In this document: in pieces, positions 59,558 to 64,000 of the stretch | Layout: each line of letters opens with the position of its first letter | How positions within the stretch are numbered: the stretch's first letter is position 1 | From: Nemertoderma westbladi | Taxonomy: Eukaryota; Animalia; Xenacoelomorpha | DNA: 64,000 nucleotides | Reading direction: 5' to 3' | Assembly: GCA_032718475.1 (NCBI GenBank) | Contig: JAUCBJ010000071.1 | Location: 1-64,000 of the forward strand | Notes under the pieces: generated by a model | The model's database searches: none | What the model saw: the letters and a program-made list of their open reading frames with translations, nothing else | Told to the model about the DNA's origin: nothing | Program-made: the position numbers and the translations under genes

Positions 59558-62500
59558 CAATACCATCGTCTTTTGGTTCTTCATAAATTGGTATATTTGA
59601 TATTTTTATAGGTTTTTTGAGGTTTGTTTTATAGTGCCCCCAAGGAAGCGAATGATTTTTATTAACCCAATAAAGTTTATCGTCAAAGCTACTGAGTGCA
59701 AATTTATTTTGCTTTAAGGTATAAATACGATGTAATTTAGTTTGAAATCTGTTATATGTTTTTTTTCATTTCTTCATTTGAGTTATATGCTTTTAAATAT
59801 TCTTCATGTGTAATATTCGTTTCCACAACAGCTCTTGTAATACCTTTTGCTCTACGAATATTTTTGTTATTCCATTTCAAAATTGAATATAATTTTGGTC
59901 TTAAAAATACTGCTTGTTTAATTTCACGTGAGGCTAGTTCGTCTTTACAGTAATAGAGTTGGGACTTATTTTTATCGCTGTAAAGAGGGTGATCCTTAGG
60001 GTAATTGGAAGTGTCTAAAATATTATTTTTAATTAAGGCTTTTAAAAAATTATTCTGCGATGTATTATAATAACAACCTATTAAAGAGTCAGTGTCTGAT
60101 GCAGCAATTTCAATACGACAGTTTAATTCTTTCTCAATAGGTAGCAATTTATTGTAAAACAGCTCATACATATCCAATTTAGCCAAGTCCAACACAGCGC
60201 TACCAATAAATATAGGCTTATCGAGAGTTACAGAGTCTTTCACAAATAAATGTCCCGATAATGTATTATTGTATATTATAAATTGTTCATGATTATACAA
60301 TTTACCAATTGATCGCATTTATCGTTGCTATTTGCGATACGAAAGTTACATCGATCTCTTATCTTTTCTATTGATTTGCCAAACAGTGAATTATTGAGCA
60401 ATTTCGCGACAGCTGTTTCAATGTAACTTTTTGCTAGGCGCCTTTGATTAATATTAAAATCTATGTAGGGCTTAAATACAAAGTCTTGATGGAAAGAATA
60501 TAATTTATGGAGCTTAGTAACAATTAATCCATGTTTTATATAAAATTTTAACAGTACAAATGTAAATGATAAAACTCTATCAAATTGCGTCAGCAAGAGT
60601 TTTGGTGTAGACATCCTATATTTACGGGAGGTACCTCTTTGTATTGACAAGTTATTAAATTGTTCCCGCATATAAGGTGAAAGCATTGATTCATTTATAC
60701 TTAAATGCTCAGGGGCTAACGGTAATTGTAATGTTTGATCGTGAATAGCCTTGGGATAATTTAAATCACATATTAAAAAATATCCGGTAGATCCATCAAT
60801 GTCTAAATCTACCAAGTACTCGATTAGTTTTTCTGGAATTGCATTCACTAAATGTTTAATACTTACTTCTTTGAATTGCGAGGTGGGTAGTTTTTTACTT
60901 AAATTCCCAGAATATAAAGAGTTGAAATCAATATTAAAAATATGGCATTCTTCCTTAGTAGAATCATATGTACTTGTTCCTTGTATATTTGATTCTATAT
61001 AATGCTTTCGACAAAATGAAACACCACCCCTAATTGATTTTTCAAAATCTCTATATGTCTGATAATCCTTTATTAATTCTATTTTACATTTATTATATTT
61101 TAGCGCGCAATCATAGGTAAATGACGCGATACTACAGTAAAAAACCACTTCTAAATCGTAATTTTGTTTACAAACATTCCTAAAATTCTCAAATATATCG
61201 GCAAGCAAACAAACATCGAGTTTTAAATAGGCTAAAAGATAATCTTTGAGATTCACACAGTCGAATTCAACCCATGATAATTCCGCAAACCTATAATCTT
61301 CAATTGTATATGTTTTTTGACTTAAGTTACTAAAAAAATTATTTATAGAGGGCAAACTAGTATCATTAAATTTATTAATATCTGTCAAGTACTCGTATGG
61401 AAATACTCCTTTCCGTTTAATTGTTGAGTTATTCAAGTTTGGATAAAAATATTTCATTTCTTGTAGAGTAATAGGTAAAATTGAGCTTATATCATGACTC
61501 GCTACATCCTTTATTGAACACTCAACTAAATTACTTAAAGAAAAGCTTAAAAATTGATATGTGTCCAAGAAACGTAACTCAATTTTTTTAGAAGTGTTTT
61601 TAATTGGGATAAATGCACTCAGTGAAATATATCGTTCTGTATTTCTCGGTATAACCTTTATATCCCAATCTGTGTATTTCTTATCTCTAAATCCGGTTTG
61701 TAATATACAATATATATCGTAGTTGTTGGAATTGTGCCCGCAAAGTACATACAGGTATCGTTACAATGATAAACTTCGGTTACAACTATTACAGGCTGCC
61801 GCAATATATTTACCAGTAATATGTGAATGGTGTCTGTTTTTCCCAACATTATTATTTAAAGTAACATTACAATAGAAACAGAATTTTGCTTGTTCAAAAT
61901 TTACAAAATCAATATTAGTAAATGACATGGTTTTATGAGTGTATATGTCTGACCAACAACATAATTCAGTTAAATCAGTATATAATGAATCTAAGAAATC
62001 TTGAATACAATTATTATTATTATTTGTCTTTACAAATGTTTTCAAATGACATTTTGGTGGGTCAATTAATTCAGTATTGGGAACAATTAAATAACTCACA
62101 GCGCACGGTATATGCTCCTGTATAAATTGATTATTAACTGAAGGTTGTAAGATACATTCTATATCAAAGTAGGTGACAAACAATGGGGATAAGGTTCTAT
62201 CTAAATTTGTAAAACTAATGTGTGTTCTTTTTTTATTAGGTAGTTTCTCACGCTGACTTCTTCCTTGGTAGCAGGCGAGACGGTATCGATGAAGAACTTC
62301 CGCTCGAAAAAAATGAGCCAAGCACCTTTCACAAAATTGCCTACCTCGGGTATGAAGAGCTCTCGTATTCAGCAATAGATTCAAGTTAGTAATGCAAACA
62401 TAATGATTCAGTTTAGGTACATTGTTATTTTTTACTACAAGTAATATATTTAATAACTGTTTATCAGGTGTAATTTTACTAAACGGAGGTTGTCTTAATA

Positions 62501-63586
62501 TAGATACAGGGGTGCGTTTGTTGTTGTTATTCCAATATAGTAAATTAATTATATATTTTGAATTTTGTTTTTCAAAAAGTTTAATCGCTAACTGCCACTC
62601 TGATAATCTTTGTTCCCATTGTCAAAAATGAAATGACTCATATAATTTTTGTACAATTAAGTATGGTTTTTGTTGTTTTTCACTTTGCTACCAAATTTTG
62701 CGGATATAATAGCCCATTTGAAACAATCATTATCAGCTGTTTGTATATTTATTGTACATTTTTTAGCTGATAAAGCCTTAGGTAATTCCATATATCCATG
62801 CCCCTTATATAGTAACGACCTACACTTAGATTCAGCTAATTTAATTTCAACCCTTAATAAAGATTTACTACGCCACCCCGAACCACGTGTGTTAAAGATG
62901 GCTATTTTTTGTAATATATTTCCCAGCACATACTCAAACCATGAGTCAAAACTTTGCGGCGAATCTACAGTATTAATAGCACCACCGGAAGAATTAAAAT
63001 AAAAGGTTTCCAATTGCTCGCCTTCTGAAAAATGTGATCTGTACATTAATACATTTAGACCTAACCACAGTCTAAGAACATTCATTTCTTTCAATCTATC
63101 TAATATTAACTGAAGAATATTACCTCGAATTTGTGCTAATGCTGTTTCTACATCGGGATAATCTCTAGAAGTTGGTAGGTCGTGGACATAAATTTCAAGA
63201 CGATTATCGTGAGCTTCTTGTTCCCGCGTAAAAATTGTTGCGCATGTACCAAGAGCCACCCTTAAGTTTTTTCTGGATAATATATTTTTATGTTGCGGAA
63301 ATTTACGCTTTCTTGTGTAGTAACATTTCAAGTGACAGTCGTGTCGTATATAATTCTCATATGTATACTCTTTATTACAGGTAGAACAAGTCAATTGATA
63401 GGTGCGGAACTCCATTTCTTTACAACCAGTAGTTGATTCATGTCGTTTACAAATTTCGCTGCATGAAGTCACGACATGACACTTAAAACAAGAATAACCT
63501 TCAAAATGTGACCGTAGGTGGCGTAAGTAATTATGTCTAGTTACATTCATATGACAGAATGAACAACATATTGTTATTTTATCCAT
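59532..63586 (-). pseudogene. Protein-primed DNA polymerase B with N-terminal Zn fingers and an HNH/EndoVII-like insert; several frameshifts
   Basis: YFDIE, HHSHITGKY..CNSCN, RKGVFPYEY, DVCLLADIFENFR, IRGG, DFNSLY, KLLNNSLFGK, SDTDS, RAKGI, FDDK. Confidence 0.95.
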
Positions 63587-64000
63587 GTTAAAGTTTGTTT
63601 AGATAAATAATAATAATAATAATAATAAAATATCTCCAAAGATTAAAATAAAATGAAATGATATGATATTGACTATATCTAAACATTTATATGCTAGCGA
63701 GTGAAATAATTTTAAACCAATCACAAATCGCATATGACCATTGGAAACCACAAAGAGTTTAACTTATGATCAGGTTTACATGTTAGGATAATAATCAGGT
63801 TTCCATGGAGAATTAGTAACAGGCTCTACTAGAACTGGGTTACTGACAACTTTCTGTTTCTTTGCAGGTGATGCGTTGGTAAATTTACTCGATGATCTTG
63901 GCTTCCGAGGTAATATTTCAGGAAAGACCTGTTGCGGTTGAGAGCAACTCTCTTCAACATCCGGATTAGGTGATGGGATCTCTACGAACGCTTTAGGTTT

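Larger units (their letters stand above)
47639..64000. mobile_element. Polinton/Maverick endogenous virus, decaying, continuing past the window end
   Basis: ATPase, integrase, pentons, MCP, adenain and pPolB; putative terminus AGTAGTAG at 47639, where the gag frame stops. Confidence 0.93.

Overview
AT-rich, repeat-dense eukaryotic (invertebrate-like) genomic DNA. From left to right: (1) an unclassified 901-aa ORF with a DEDDy 3'-5' exonuclease-like domain and three CCHC knuckles, bracketed by two outward-facing modules, each a tRNA-like Pol III unit followed by CCAAT boxes and a TATA box; (2) a 63-bp satellite with a 2203-bp higher-order duplication; (3) a four-layer nest: satellite > RTE-like LINE > Gypsy LTR element > GalEa-like Copia; (4) three intronless host-type genes (4x ubiquitin-like, a putative membrane protein with an HNH-like C-terminus, NXF1); (5) a CR1/L2-like LINE, a tandem array built from a LINE 3' end, a SINE with an inverted duplication, and MITEs; (6) from about 47.6 kb to the window end, a decaying Polinton/Maverick (ATPase, integrase, two pentons, major capsid, adenain, pPolB) that also carries a RING gene and a TBP-like gene coupled to pPolB. 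All family calls come from motifs recognised by eye; no database searches were run.
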